Source: an uncultured Flavobacteriaceae bacterium (GTDB lineage: Bacteria > Bacteroidota > Bacteroidia > Flavobacteriales > Flavobacteriaceae). From it: a stretch of DNA of 64,000 nt. Position 1 is the stretch's first letter, and each line of letters opens with the position of its first letter. The notes beneath the pieces were generated by a model. It did no database searches. It was not told where the DNA came from and saw only the letters and a list, made by a program, of their open reading frames with translations. Of this stretch, positions 1 to 9,708 are shown in pieces. Location of the stretch: assembly GCA_963848865.1 (NCBI GenBank), contig CAWKFV010000008.1:27150-91149 (forward strand). Direction: 5' to 3'. Both the position numbers and the translations under genes were made by a program.

Positions 1-169
1 GCTCATGATCCACAAAACCCTTGCTTTCCAAAATTCGAACAATCGTGGATACCGTATTATATGCCGGTTTTGGTTCTGGAAGTTCATCTATTATAGCAGC
101 AACATTGCATTTTTCCAGTTGCCAAAGCACTTGCATTACTTCTTCTTCCGCTTTTGTAAGTTGTTTCAT
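1..169 (-). CDS. BlaI/MecI/CopY family transcriptional repressor (5' part only, runs off the window)
   Basis: Not in the ORF track. Manual minus-strand translation from ATG at 169 gives MKQLTKAEEEVMQVLWQLEKCNVAAIIDELPEPKPAYNTVSTIVRILESKGFVDHE, a BlaI-type winged helix. Confidence 0.9.
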   Translation of the reverse strand, partial: MKQLTKAEEEVMQVLWQLEKCNVAAIIDELPEPKPAYNTVSTIVRILESKGFVDHE

Positions 170-202
170 ATTAGTTCCTTTATTGATGTAATTATTTTGT
201 CC

Positions 203-222
203 GGTCGAGCGCAGTCGAGACC
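203..222. repeat. REP-like short palindromic element
   Basis: GGTCGAGCGCAGTCGAGACC is a GC-rich imperfect palindrome in AT-rich intergenic DNA. It resembles repeats I recall from flavobacterial genomes; only one copy is present here. Confidence 0.5.
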
Positions 223-248
223 TAATTTTGTCATCCAACTTTCATTTC

Positions 249-305
249 AACTAATTTCTTAGTTCAAATATAACTAAATATTTAGTTCCAACTAATTTTT
301 TAGTT
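249..305. promoter_or_regulatory. Three palindromic operator boxes AACTAA-N4-TTAGTT, probable BlaI autoregulatory sites
   Basis: AACTAATTTCTTAGTT (249-264), AACTAAATATTTAGTT (272-287) and AACTAATTTTTTAGTT (290-305) lie directly upstream of the BlaI-family gene. Confidence 0.75.
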
Positions 306-318
306 AAAAACTTTGAAG

Positions 319-351
319 AAAAACCCGAAAGGCTTTTAACCCTTCGGGTTT
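319..351 (-). terminator. Intrinsic terminator of the TonB receptor gene
   Basis: Minus strand reads AAACCCGAAGG..CCTTTCGGGTTT followed by a T run, about 40 nt after the stop at 390. Confidence 0.75.
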
Positions 352-389
352 CATTGATTATTGGTCACGCCACTTTAAACATGTAGCAT

Positions 390-2612
390 CTAGAATTTGA
401 CCGAAACCTTTCCTCTAAGATAGAAAGGCGTTCCAGGTGTAAAGTGAATTTCCTCCACGGAATTCGCCTCATTGAACAATCGACTTTCCGTAGCAAATTG
501 GGTTTCGTTCCATTCCGTATCAAACAAATTCTCGACAATTAATCCAAACGTCCAATTTTTGATGTTATAGTTCAAATTCGCATCGGAGACAAAATAACCT
601 TCGGCAACTATGGAATTATCCTCATTTGCGGGACGGGCATCCACATACCTGTAATTGATACCTCCGGAAAAACCATTTTGGGTATCAATGGTAAATCCAC
701 CCGTAGATGTAAAATCAGGTGCTAAGGGGATAAAGTCCGCTCCATCCGGTTCCTCGGTGCTTCTTCCTTGAGTGTAGTTGGCATCGGCATATAGGTATAA
801 CCAATCCGTTGCCTGATACCTTGCCCCTATCTCAGCTCCCAAACGTCTTGTTTTTCCACTTGGCTCAACGATTCCTGCATCACCCACATAAACAAACTCC
901 TGTTCTAGGAACAACGTCCATAACGTGGCGTTCAGCACCAGTTTATCGGCAGGCTTTATAATGGTTCCCAAATCAACACCATAGGCAGCGGGCAAAATAT
1001 CCTCACCTCCATTAGCCACCACAACGCGTGTATCATTGGAATGGAAACCAATACCCGTTTTCAAAAAGAATTGTGTATTTATATTGGGACTATAAATAGT
1101 ATTGAACTTGGGACTAAAAGCCAGTTTGTCCTCGCTTTTATTATCGTATAGTTCACTTAACTTGTTTACGTAATCAAACTTAAAATAATCCAATCGCACG
1201 GATGGGTTAAACGTAAAATCTCCAGATTTTAGTCGGGTATCCAAAAAAGCATAGGTGTTTACCTCATCCACATCTCCGTATGCAATTCTATTGAGTGTGA
1301 TCTGCCTGTTCAAAGTGCTGGCCAGTTCATTGTCATCCACATTATCGTATCTAAAACCGATACCTGCCCTATATTCCAATCCCTGTCCCCAGTTTTCCTT
1401 ATAATCCTCAAAAACACTTTCAGCGCCTAAAATCATCCTATTTTCAAATTGACGAATTTGATCTCCGTTCACAGGGTCTTCCAAGAAAAACGTAAAATTT
1501 GAAAAAAGTTCAAAATCGTATTGTGAGAGGTAGGCCTTGGTTTTTATTGAGCTTCCCGCACTTAACTGTTTATTATGGTTCACAAGCAAATTTGTCCTAC
1601 TGGTTTGGCCACCTTCCGTATCATCTATGGAACCAAACCTAGAAATAAGACCTTGATCCACCGCCCTCTGCGGAATTTGTCCGGAAGCATCCCACTTGCT
1701 CTGAAAATGCGATGCCGTAAGCAATACTTCTTGGTCGCCCGGCAACTGATACCGATACCTACCCAAAATATTGATACGGTTAAAATTCTGAGGTGACTCC
1801 ACCGGACCATCCGTAAGATATAGTTCCGATGCCACATAGGCACTACTATTTCCCTTGTCCAATAAATTGAACATTCCCAAAAGTCGCTGCGTATTAAATT
1901 GACCTAATTCTAGGGACACCAAGTTTTGATCTAACGACTTTCGAAGTCTTAAATCTACATATCCAGCCGTATTAAAGTTCCCTTTGTCCGCATAAAAAGG
2001 TCCTTTTCCAAAATTTACATTTTCTATGGTCTCCGGAATCACAAAATGTAAATCCGCATAGCCTTGTCCATGTGCATGTGACACCATGTTTACCGGCAAG
2101 CCGTCAACACTCAATGCAATGTCCGTACCGTGATCTATGTCAAATCCTCTAAGGAAGATTTGCTCCGCTTTGCCCCCTCCGGCATGCTGACCGATAATAA
2201 GTCCCGGAACTTTTCTCAGTATTTCCTGAGAGGACTTAACCGGATTCGTTTTTACATCGATATCCACTATTCGACTCAATGCGTCTACTTTGGACACCAA
2301 CACTACCTGATCAAGAGAAATGGAAGATTCCTCCATAGCCACTGTTACTTGGTTCTGCAAATCTTGTGCGGAAACCTGAATGATCTTTGTAGCGTAACCC
2401 AGTCTAGAAAAATATATGGAATCATTGACTGAGGTGTTCGTGAGCACAAAATAACCAGCACTGTTGGAATGGCTGTGTTGACCACTGGTCTTATTAAAAA
2501 TCCCTACATCCTCTAAGGGAATACCTGTATCAGCTACGACCTTTCCCTTTAGGTTTTGTGCACTCATGATACCCATTGTGAGCATCAAAAGTGCGAATAT
2601 CTTATATTTCAT
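390..2612 (-). CDS. TonB-dependent receptor, probably metal uptake
   Basis: Signal peptide, carboxypeptidase-regulatory-like N-domain, plug motifs QHAGGGKAEQIFLRGFDIDHGTD and HAHGQGYADL, C-terminal Phe. Confidence 0.9.
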   Translation of the reverse strand: MKYKIFALLMLTMGIMSAQNLKGKVVADTGIPLEDVGIFNKTSGQHSHSNSAGYFVLTNTSVNDSIYFSRLGYATKIIQVSAQDLQNQVTVAMEESSISLDQVVLVSKVDALSRIVDIDVKTNPVKSSQEILRKVPGLIIGQHAGGGKAEQIFLRGFDIDHGTDIALSVDGLPVNMVSHAHGQGYADLHFVIPETIENVNFGKGPFYADKGNFNTAGYVDLRLRKSLDQNLVSLELGQFNTQRLLGMFNLLDKGNSSAYVASELYLTDGPVESPQNFNRINILGRYRYQLPGDQEVLLTASHFQSKWDASGQIPQRAVDQGLISRFGSIDDTEGGQTSRTNLLVNHNKQLSAGSSIKTKAYLSQYDFELFSNFTFFLEDPVNGDQIRQFENRMILGAESVFEDYKENWGQGLEYRAGIGFRYDNVDDNELASTLNRQITLNRIAYGDVDEVNTYAFLDTRLKSGDFTFNPSVRLDYFKFDYVNKLSELYDNKSEDKLAFSPKFNTIYSPNINTQFFLKTGIGFHSNDTRVVVANGGEDILPAAYGVDLGTIIKPADKLVLNATLWTLFLEQEFVYVGDAGIVEPSGKTRRLGAEIGARYQATDWLYLYADANYTQGRSTEEPDGADFIPLAPDFTSTGGFTIDTQNGFSGGINYRYVDARPANEDNSIVAEGYFVSDANLNYNIKNWTFGLIVENLFDTEWNETQFATESRLFNEANSVEEIHFTPGTPFYLRGKVSVKF

Positions 2613-2936
2613 TTTTTATATTTTGTCCGTTGCCCGTCCCGTTCCGATTAGTTTATAAAAGTTGAAACCGATGCATCTACCGCGATGGAGTATCAACAGG
2701 TACTTTCTTCATGAAGCACCCTAAGAACATTCGCATCATGGAATCATCCTTGGCAAAGCAAGCTAGACCCGAAAGTATAAGGCAACGTGATTATTATATT
2801 TATTTGATTTCTTTCCACGAAAATGGAAAGCTATATCACCAAAAGCGCATAATTAGTTATCACTTAGAACAAAGAACCGTCCTACTAATAAAACGCAGAG
2901 ATTATAAGCAAATGATTATGTAATAAATATGCTTGG

Positions 2937-3374
2937 TTAACCTAAATATTTGGGAGGAGGAGTAGGTACATTACAATTTTGTTGATACTTATTTGGTATA
3001 TAACCTAGATTATGATTCGTTAAGTCTTCGGATAGACATACTGGGGTCCAGGACAACCTCTTGATTAGATGCTTGTCTAGTCGCAGTTCCTGTATTTTTT
3101 GTTGTTGATCCGTATTATCCTTATTAGAATTAAATAATTTTTTGAATAATGTTAGAACTTCATGGGAATGTCCATGTTCAACCTCATGATGATCGTTTGT
3201 TGTACTAGATTTAAAATCATGTGTATGCAACGTATCATGTTCATGATGATGTCCATGTAATGAAAACTTATGGGAAACTTTGTGAAATACCTGTAAAAGA
3301 GATGTTTGAAGCGGCGCAATTAAATACAATACAGAGATAAGCACACAAATCCTATGTGTTATCCATTTTATCAT
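2937..3374 (-). CDS. His-rich exported small protein ending in PTPPPK
   Basis: Likely start is ATG 3374 (MIKWITHRICVLISVLYLIAPL, hydrophobic). Contains HGHHHEHDTLHTH and HHEVEHGHSH, and ends VPTPPPKYLG. Confidence 0.75.
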   Translation of the reverse strand: MIKWITHRICVLISVLYLIAPLQTSLLQVFHKVSHKFSLHGHHHEHDTLHTHDFKSSTTNDHHEVEHGHSHEVLTLFKKLFNSNKDNTDQQQKIQELRLDKHLIKRLSWTPVCLSEDLTNHNLGYIPNKYQQNCNVPTPPPKYLG

Positions 3375-3510
3375 ATTTGAATTGTAGGTCTTCAGGATTC
3401 CTGTTTTATGATTTATTTCTTTTGCCCACACTATTTACGTAGTATTTGACGAGAGGTTCAATTTTAATCGGGAATTGTAACAAAACAGATGTACTTTTGT
3501 CTAAGTATTT

Positions 3511-4021
3511 ATGGATATAGCATTACTTATTGTTGGATTTATTTTTATGCTCATAGGGATATTGGGAAGTTTTCTTCCCGTGTTACCGGGACCACCTCTT
3601 AGTTGGATAGGTCTGCTCTTACTTCATTTGACAAAAGCGATACCCCTCAACTGGTGGTTCTTGGGAATTACCGGAGCAGTCGCTTTACTCATTTTCGTTT
3701 TGGATTATATTATTCCGGTTATGGGAACGAAAAGATTCGGTGGCACAAAAGCTGGTATGATAGGTACTACAATCGGATTAGTAGTAGGCTTGATAGCTCC
3801 AATTCCAGGTGGTATAATTATCGGGCCCTTTCGTAGGCGCATTTTTAGGAGAGCTTTCCAATAAGGCAGATAACAAAACCGCTCTAAAGGCTGCCTTTGG
3901 CTCTTTCTTGGGATTTCTAACCGGTACCTTTATGAAGTTTGTTACAACAGTTATTTTCTTAGGACTGTTTCTATCTAAAGTTTGGGAGTACCGTCAGGCT
4001 TTGTTTCCGTATTTCAATTAG
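3511..4021 (+). CDS. DUF456 family membrane protein (one-base frameshift near 3823-3831)
   Basis: [11 protein letters not shown] motif. After GGGCCCTTT the +1 frame continues [39 protein letters not shown] to TAG at 4021. Confidence 0.85.
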
Positions 4022-4027
4022 GAGAAC

Positions 4028-4582
4028 CTATTCCATCCAAATCACTTTTTCTTGGATAGGTGTTCTTGTTTGTTCCGGTAATTCTCCATCATAATGACCC
4101 ATATATAAAAAACCAAGGCATTTTTCACCTTCGTTCATTTCCAAAAATTCATGCATATAGGTAATTAGCCCAGGAGAGCTCCAATAGCAACCTATACCCA
4201 TTTCCGTACAGCAAAGCCACATATTTTGCACGGCCATTGCCACCGCAGCAACTTCCTCCCACTCGGGAATGGATTCTTGTGGATCTCTTTGCATGCAAAT
4301 TGCTATTACTGCACCTGATTTTTCAGGGTTTTCCCTTAGCTTTTTTGCCTTAAATTTTTGGGGCTTCTGTGTAATATCAATATAGGTGTTCGATAAGAAT
4401 TCCCCTAATTCAGCTTTCTTTTGCCCTAAAATGACCTTAAACCGCCAAGGTTCCGTTTTCTTATGGGTAGGGGCCCAATTGGCTGCCGCTATTATTTTTT
4501 CAATGTCCTTCCTTGCAATGGGCCTGTCATTGTATTGTGCCGGAAAAACGGAACGTCTCTTTTTTATTATATCAAAAATCAT
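4028..4582 (-). CDS. Nitroreductase family protein (YdjA-like)
   Basis: IKKRRSV, WAPTHKKTEPWRF and AVQNMWL motifs. Confidence 0.9.
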   Translation of the reverse strand: MIFDIIKKRRSVFPAQYNDRPIARKDIEKIIAAANWAPTHKKTEPWRFKVILGQKKAELGEFLSNTYIDITQKPQKFKAKKLRENPEKSGAVIAICMQRDPQESIPEWEEVAAVAMAVQNMWLCCTEMGIGCYWSSPGLITYMHEFLEMNEGEKCLGFLYMGHYDGELPEQTRTPIQEKVIWME

Positions 4583-4815
4583 ATTTGTAACTATTTATAA
4601 AACTGAAGATCCACTTAAAAATAAACCTTTACAATATTTTAACACAGGATTAGCTTTTTCATTTTTCCATATGAAAGATATCCTGGTCTTCCGGTTGCAC
4701 TGCCTTAATTCGGTAAATTTAACCTTCCTTTTACAACCCAGGTTCATCAAACTACGTTAGATAGCTGTTAGGGCATATCAATCTTAATCGATAATTTTAT
4801 AGATATTAAGATCAA

Positions 4816-6396
4816 ATGACAAAACCTTACAAGACATTCAAGTTAGGAGAAGATTGGCTAACCGCAGGTAAGGCTTTGCGTATTGCGCAAGGTGCAGTTA
4901 ACCTAGAAATTACTTCAGAAACCAAGGGCAAGGTTATTGCTAGTTGGAAGATTGTGCAAAAAATCGTTGACAAGGGACAACCCGTGTATGGCATCAATAC
5001 CGGATTTGGACCTTTGTGCACCACGAAAATCTCAAAATCCGAAACAAGCATACTGCAGACCAATATCCTTAAAAGCCATAGCGTAGGTGTGGGCGAGCCT
5101 ATTCCTGATGACATTGCCAAATTGATGCTTATCCTAAAGGCGCATTCCCTTGCCAAGGGATATTCGGGGATTGCGGAGAAAACTTTGAACAGGATTTTCT
5201 GGCATATTGAAAATGATGCAATTCCATTAGTACCCTGCCAGGGTTCGGTAGGTGCATCAGGAGACTTGGCACCACTTTCCCATTTATTCCTGCCGTTAAT
5301 AGGTTTGGGGAAAGTGAAATATAAAAACAAAATCATCAGCACTACAGCACTATTTGAAAAAACTGGGCTCGAATCCCTTACGTTAGGTCCAAAAGAAGGA
5401 TTGGCCCTCATCAATGGAACCCAGTTTATTGCTGCACATGCGGTAAAGGTCATCGAAAAAATGCATTCCCTACTTTCTCAAGCGGACATTATTGGTGCCA
5501 TGATGATAGAAGGCCTACAAGGCTCCGTAAAGCCATTTTACAACGAGTTGCATGCGCTTAGGCCGTTTAAAGGAAATGTACATGTCGCGAAAAGGGTAAA
5601 ACGTCTGCTCAAAGGTTCGGAAATCATGGAAGACCATATAGACTGTGAACGTGTGCAGGACCCTTATTCATTACGCTGCATTCCTCAAGTTCATGGTGCT
5701 TCCCGTAACGCTTGGCTCCATTTAAAGGAATTGCTTGAAGTAGAACTAAATTCGATAACCGATAACCCGGTAATTATTGATGAAGAACTGACTATTAGCG
5801 GAGGTAGTTTTCATGGACAGCCCTTGGCAATGGCATTGGATTATGCGTGTTTGGCAGCTTCAGAAATAGGAAACATTTCGGATAGAAGAATTTATCTGGC
5901 CCTGGAGGGCAACAGTCCCGGAGTACCCAAATTATTGATGAAGGATACGGGCATCAACTCAGGATACATGATTCTTCAGTATACAACTGCAGCATTGGCA
6001 AGCGAAAACAAAGGGCTATGTTTTCCCTCTAGCGCGGACAGTATCCCCACATCCCTGGGACAAGAGGACCATGTAAGTATGGGATCCATCAGTGGGCGAA
6101 AAGCGTTACAAGTTATTGGCAATGTTGAAAAAATACTGGCTATTGAATTACTGACCGCCGGACAGGCCTTTGAGTTCAGGAAACCTATGAAATCAGGTAT
6201 ATTTCTGGATGAAGTACATAAGGAATTGCGTAAAAATGTATCTTTTGCAGATAAAGACCGTGTCTTCTCAGATGATATTGAAAAAGGGATAAAAATGATA
6301 CAGGACAAAACAATCATCAAGGTAATTGAAGGCATAAGTTCAAAAAAAGGAATAGCTTTAAAAACAAAGTATTCCGAACTATTTGAGACCTTTTAA
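4816..6396 (+). CDS. hutH: Histidine ammonia-lyase
   Basis: VYGINTGFG, MIO-forming GSVGASGDLAPL, QDPYSLRC, QEDHVSMG. Confidence 0.97.
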   Translation: MTKPYKTFKLGEDWLTAGKALRIAQGAVNLEITSETKGKVIASWKIVQKIVDKGQPVYGINTGFGPLCTTKISKSETSILQTNILKSHSVGVGEPIPDDIAKLMLILKAHSLAKGYSGIAEKTLNRIFWHIENDAIPLVPCQGSVGASGDLAPLSHLFLPLIGLGKVKYKNKIISTTALFEKTGLESLTLGPKEGLALINGTQFIAAHAVKVIEKMHSLLSQADIIGAMMIEGLQGSVKPFYNELHALRPFKGNVHVAKRVKRLLKGSEIMEDHIDCERVQDPYSLRCIPQVHGASRNAWLHLKELLEVELNSITDNPVIIDEELTISGGSFHGQPLAMALDYACLAASEIGNISDRRIYLALEGNSPGVPKLLMKDTGINSGYMILQYTTAALASENKGLCFPSSADSIPTSLGQEDHVSMGSISGRKALQVIGNVEKILAIELLTAGQAFEFRKPMKSGIFLDEVHKELRKNVSFADKDRVFSDDIEKGIKMIQDKTIIKVIEGISSKKGIALKTKYSELFETF

Positions 6397-6397
6397 T

Positions 6398-7645
6398 ATG
6401 AACCAAAAAACACTTATCGGCCCTTTCAAACAACTACTTCCCATGACTGGGATACCGCTAAAAGGAGCTGTTTCCGATGAACAACTAGTTATCTTTCAAG
6501 ACGCTGGTATTTTAGTGGATAAAGGAAGAATTGTTTCTATTGGAAATTTTAATCAATTATCAAAAAACAACAAAAATGTCACCCTGCATGAGCTTAAAGG
6601 CGACCATGTTTGCCTACCAGGTTTCGTAGATGCACATTCCCATATTTGTTTTGGCGGTTCACGTGCCAATGATTATGCAATGCGAAATGCTGGAAAAACC
6701 TATCTAGAGATTGCAAAAGCCGGTGGTGGCATATGGGATACGGTTACCCAGACACGAAAAGCAAGTGAGGCTGAATTGATAAAAAAAACGACAAAACTTG
6801 CCAATCGGCACCTAGAAACCGGTGTAACCACATTGGAGGTCAAGAGCGGCTATGGACTTTCGGTTGAGGAGGAATTGAAGATGCTGCGTGCTATTCAAAA
6901 AGCAAATAAGACCACAGCTTCCGACCTGATCACAACATGTCTGGCCGCCCATATGCTTCCCAGGGACTATAACGGATCCGCCGAGGAATATTTGGACGAG
7001 ATAGTAACCGCATTATTTCCTATGTTGAAAGAGGAAAAACTCACCAACCGAATCGATGCCTTTATTGAAGAAAGTGCTTTTTCCCCAACGCATATTGCTC
7101 CGTACTTTAAAAAAGCCAAGGCAATGGGTTTTGATATCACCGTTCATGCCGACCAATTCTCTACAGGTGGGAGCCAAGTTGCGGTCGATTTTAAAGCGAT
7201 TAGTGCTGACCATTTAGAGGCAAGTACAAATCACGAAATTGCTCTTTTGGCAAATAGTGATGTAATTGCCACCGCCTTGCCAGGAGCGTCCATTGGATTG
7301 GGCTGCGGATTTACCCCTGCCAGAAAACTATTGGATGCAGGGGGCGCCTTGGCCATTGCCAGCGACCATAACCCTGGTTCCGCTCCCATGGGGGATTTGT
7401 TGACCCAAGCGGCCATTCTAGGTTCCTTTGAAAAACTATCCAACGCTGAAGTTTTGGCCGGAATAACTTTTAGAGGAGCTGCGGCACTTAATTTAAAAGA
7501 TAGAGGAAAATTAGCTGAAGGGCTTTTGGCCGATTTTAGTTTGTTCCATACCGGAAATTACCAGGAGATCCTTTATAATCAAGGAAACCTAAAACCTTGT
7601 ATGGTATGGAAAAACGGGGAATTGGTTTACAATAAACATGATTAA
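6398..7645 (+). CDS. hutI: Imidazolonepropionase
   Basis: PGFVDAHSH, EVKSGYGL, HADQF, SADHLE, ASDHNPGS. ATG at 6398 follows the hutH stop. Confidence 0.96.
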   Translation: MNQKTLIGPFKQLLPMTGIPLKGAVSDEQLVIFQDAGILVDKGRIVSIGNFNQLSKNNKNVTLHELKGDHVCLPGFVDAHSHICFGGSRANDYAMRNAGKTYLEIAKAGGGIWDTVTQTRKASEAELIKKTTKLANRHLETGVTTLEVKSGYGLSVEEELKMLRAIQKANKTTASDLITTCLAAHMLPRDYNGSAEEYLDEIVTALFPMLKEEKLTNRIDAFIEESAFSPTHIAPYFKKAKAMGFDITVHADQFSTGGSQVAVDFKAISADHLEASTNHEIALLANSDVIATALPGASIGLGCGFTPARKLLDAGGALAIASDHNPGSAPMGDLLTQAAILGSFEKLSNAEVLAGITFRGAAALNLKDRGKLAEGLLADFSLFHTGNYQEILYNQGNLKPCMVWKNGELVYNKHD

Positions 7646-7702
7646 TTCTTGGCTGTTGGCAAATAAAAGCAATCTAGTACGGTCTAAGCAACCCTATAAA
7701 AT

Positions 7703-9703
7703 ATGAATTTCAAATCGGAAATACTTCAAGGAATACCAACGGAATTACCTGCAAAACGGGAACGTTCGTTACATGTAAGCCATGCGCCAAACCGAAAGCA
7801 AATACTTTCCTATGAAGAAAAAAAGCTGGCAATCCGGAATGCATTGCGCTATTTTCCAAAGCAGTGGCATCTGGAATTATCCAAGGAATTTGCATCGGAA
7901 CTGAATAGTTATGGGCGCATTTATATGTATCGCCTTATGCCATCATATAGAATGTATGCCAGGCCAATTTCTGAATATCCTGCAAAAACACCGCAAGCGG
8001 CAGCAATTATGCTGATGATTCAGAACAACTTAGACCCCGCCGTTGCTCAGCATCCGGAGGAATTAATCACCTATGGAGGAAATGGGGCGGTATTTCAAAA
8101 CTGGGCGCAATACCTGTTGACGATGCAGTATTTGGCAACTATGACAGAAGAACAGACGTTACATGTTTATTCGGGTCACCCGATGGGCCTCTTCCCTTCA
8201 TCTAAGGAAGCACCCAGAGTTGTGGTCACCAACGGCATGATGATTCCCAATTACTCCAAACCGGACGATTGGGAAAAATATAATGCCCTCGGCGTAACAC
8301 AGTACGGTCAGATGACGGCCGGCTCCTATATGTACATCGGGCCACAAGGTATTGTTCATGGCACGGCGATTACGGTCATGAACGCTTTTAGAAAAGTGTT
8401 GCAACCTAATGAATCCCCGGCAGGTAAAATTTTCCTTACCGCGGGATTGGGCGGCATGAGCGGAGCACAACCAAAAGCTGGCAACATTGCAGGTTGCATA
8501 ACAGTTTGCGCAGAGATAAACCCTTCCGCCGCCAAAAAACGATTTGAACAAGGTTGGGTAGATGAATTGATTGACGATCTGGAGAAGCTCGTCAAAAGAA
8601 CCAGGACCGCAATTAAAAATGAAGAAGTGGTTTCCCTGGCCTACGTCGGCAATGTGGTGGAGGTCTGGGAACGTCTTGCAGAAGAAGAAATATTTATCCA
8701 TTTAGGCTCTGATCAAACATCATTGCACAATCCTTGGGCCGGAGGGTATTATCCGGCGGGACTGACCTTTGAGGAATCGAACGAATTAATGAGCTCCCAA
8801 CCGGATGTTTTTAAGGAAAAAGTGCAGCAGTCCCTACGCAGGCATGCGGAGGCGATAGACAAGCATACGGAAAAGGGTACTTATTTCTTTGATTATGGTA
8901 ACGCATTTTTATTGGAATCTTCCCGTGCCGGTGCTGATATCATGGCTAAAAATAAAATCGATTTTAAGTATCCTTCCTATGTTCAGGATATTTTGGGACC
9001 GATGTGTTTTGATTACGGATTTGGACCGTTTAGGTGGGTATGCACCTCAGGAAAACACGAGGATTTGCTTAAAACCGATGCTATTGCGCTTGAAACAATG
9101 GAAAAGATAAAGGCTAACGCTCCCGTAGAAATTCAGCAGCAGATGCAGGATAATATCAAATGGATCGAGGAGGCGGACAGCAACAACTTGGTCGTTGGTT
9201 CCCAAGCAAGGATTTTATACGCAGACGCAGAAGGGCGTGCAGCAATAGCCGAAGGTTTTAACAAAGCGATTAAATCCGGCGAAATAACTGCACCCGTGGT
9301 TTTGGGTAGGGACCACCACGATGTAAGCGGTACAGATTCTCCCTATAGGGAGACCAGCAATATTTACGACGGTAGTAAGTTTACCGCTGATATGGCCATT
9401 CATAATGTGATTGGGGATAGTTTTAGGGGCGCCACCTGGGTATCAATACATAATGGAGGTGGTGTTGGTTGGGGCGAGGTCATGAACGGTGGTTTTGGAA
9501 TGGTACTGGACGGTACGGAAGATACATCCAGAAAACTAAAAAATATGTTGTTCTATGATGTTAACAACGGTATTTCGCGCCGGAGCTGGGCTAGGAACAA
9601 AGAAGCGCTATTTGCCATTCAGCGAGAGATGGAGAGAACACCCGAACTCAAAATAACTTTGCCTAACTTAGTGGAAGATGAATTGTTAGATCAATTATTT
9701 TAA
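7703..9703 (+). CDS. hutU: Urocanate hydratase
   Basis: YGQMTAGSYMYIGPQGIVHGT, GLGGMSGAQP, SDQTSLHN, GRDHHDVSG, HNGGGVGWG. Confidence 0.97.
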   Translation: MNFKSEILQGIPTELPAKRERSLHVSHAPNRKQILSYEEKKLAIRNALRYFPKQWHLELSKEFASELNSYGRIYMYRLMPSYRMYARPISEYPAKTPQAAAIMLMIQNNLDPAVAQHPEELITYGGNGAVFQNWAQYLLTMQYLATMTEEQTLHVYSGHPMGLFPSSKEAPRVVVTNGMMIPNYSKPDDWEKYNALGVTQYGQMTAGSYMYIGPQGIVHGTAITVMNAFRKVLQPNESPAGKIFLTAGLGGMSGAQPKAGNIAGCITVCAEINPSAAKKRFEQGWVDELIDDLEKLVKRTRTAIKNEEVVSLAYVGNVVEVWERLAEEEIFIHLGSDQTSLHNPWAGGYYPAGLTFEESNELMSSQPDVFKEKVQQSLRRHAEAIDKHTEKGTYFFDYGNAFLLESSRAGADIMAKNKIDFKYPSYVQDILGPMCFDYGFGPFRWVCTSGKHEDLLKTDAIALETMEKIKANAPVEIQQQMQDNIKWIEEADSNNLVVGSQARILYADAEGRAAIAEGFNKAIKSGEITAPVVLGRDHHDVSGTDSPYRETSNIYDGSKFTADMAIHNVIGDSFRGATWVSIHNGGGVGWGEVMNGGFGMVLDGTEDTSRKLKNMLFYDVNNGISRRSWARNKEALFAIQREMERTPELKITLPNLVEDELLDQLF

Positions 9704-9708
9704 AAGAA

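Noticed and set aside
5-262. Plus-strand 85-aa ORF in the track
   Set aside because: It is the antisense shadow of the BlaI-family gene and its operator region.
2711-2923. 70-aa plus-strand ORF in the uORF-TBDR spacer
   Set aside because: No recognisable motif, and it is antisense to the surrounding transcription unit.
2613-2936. Cobalamin riboswitch upstream of the TonB receptor
   Set aside because: The conserved B12-box and core elements were not recognisable by eye.
4827-9403. Several long antisense ORFs inside the hut genes (e.g. 4827-5453, 8198-8701)
   Set aside because: They lie fully opposite well-conserved genes and have no protein features; typical codon-bias shadows.
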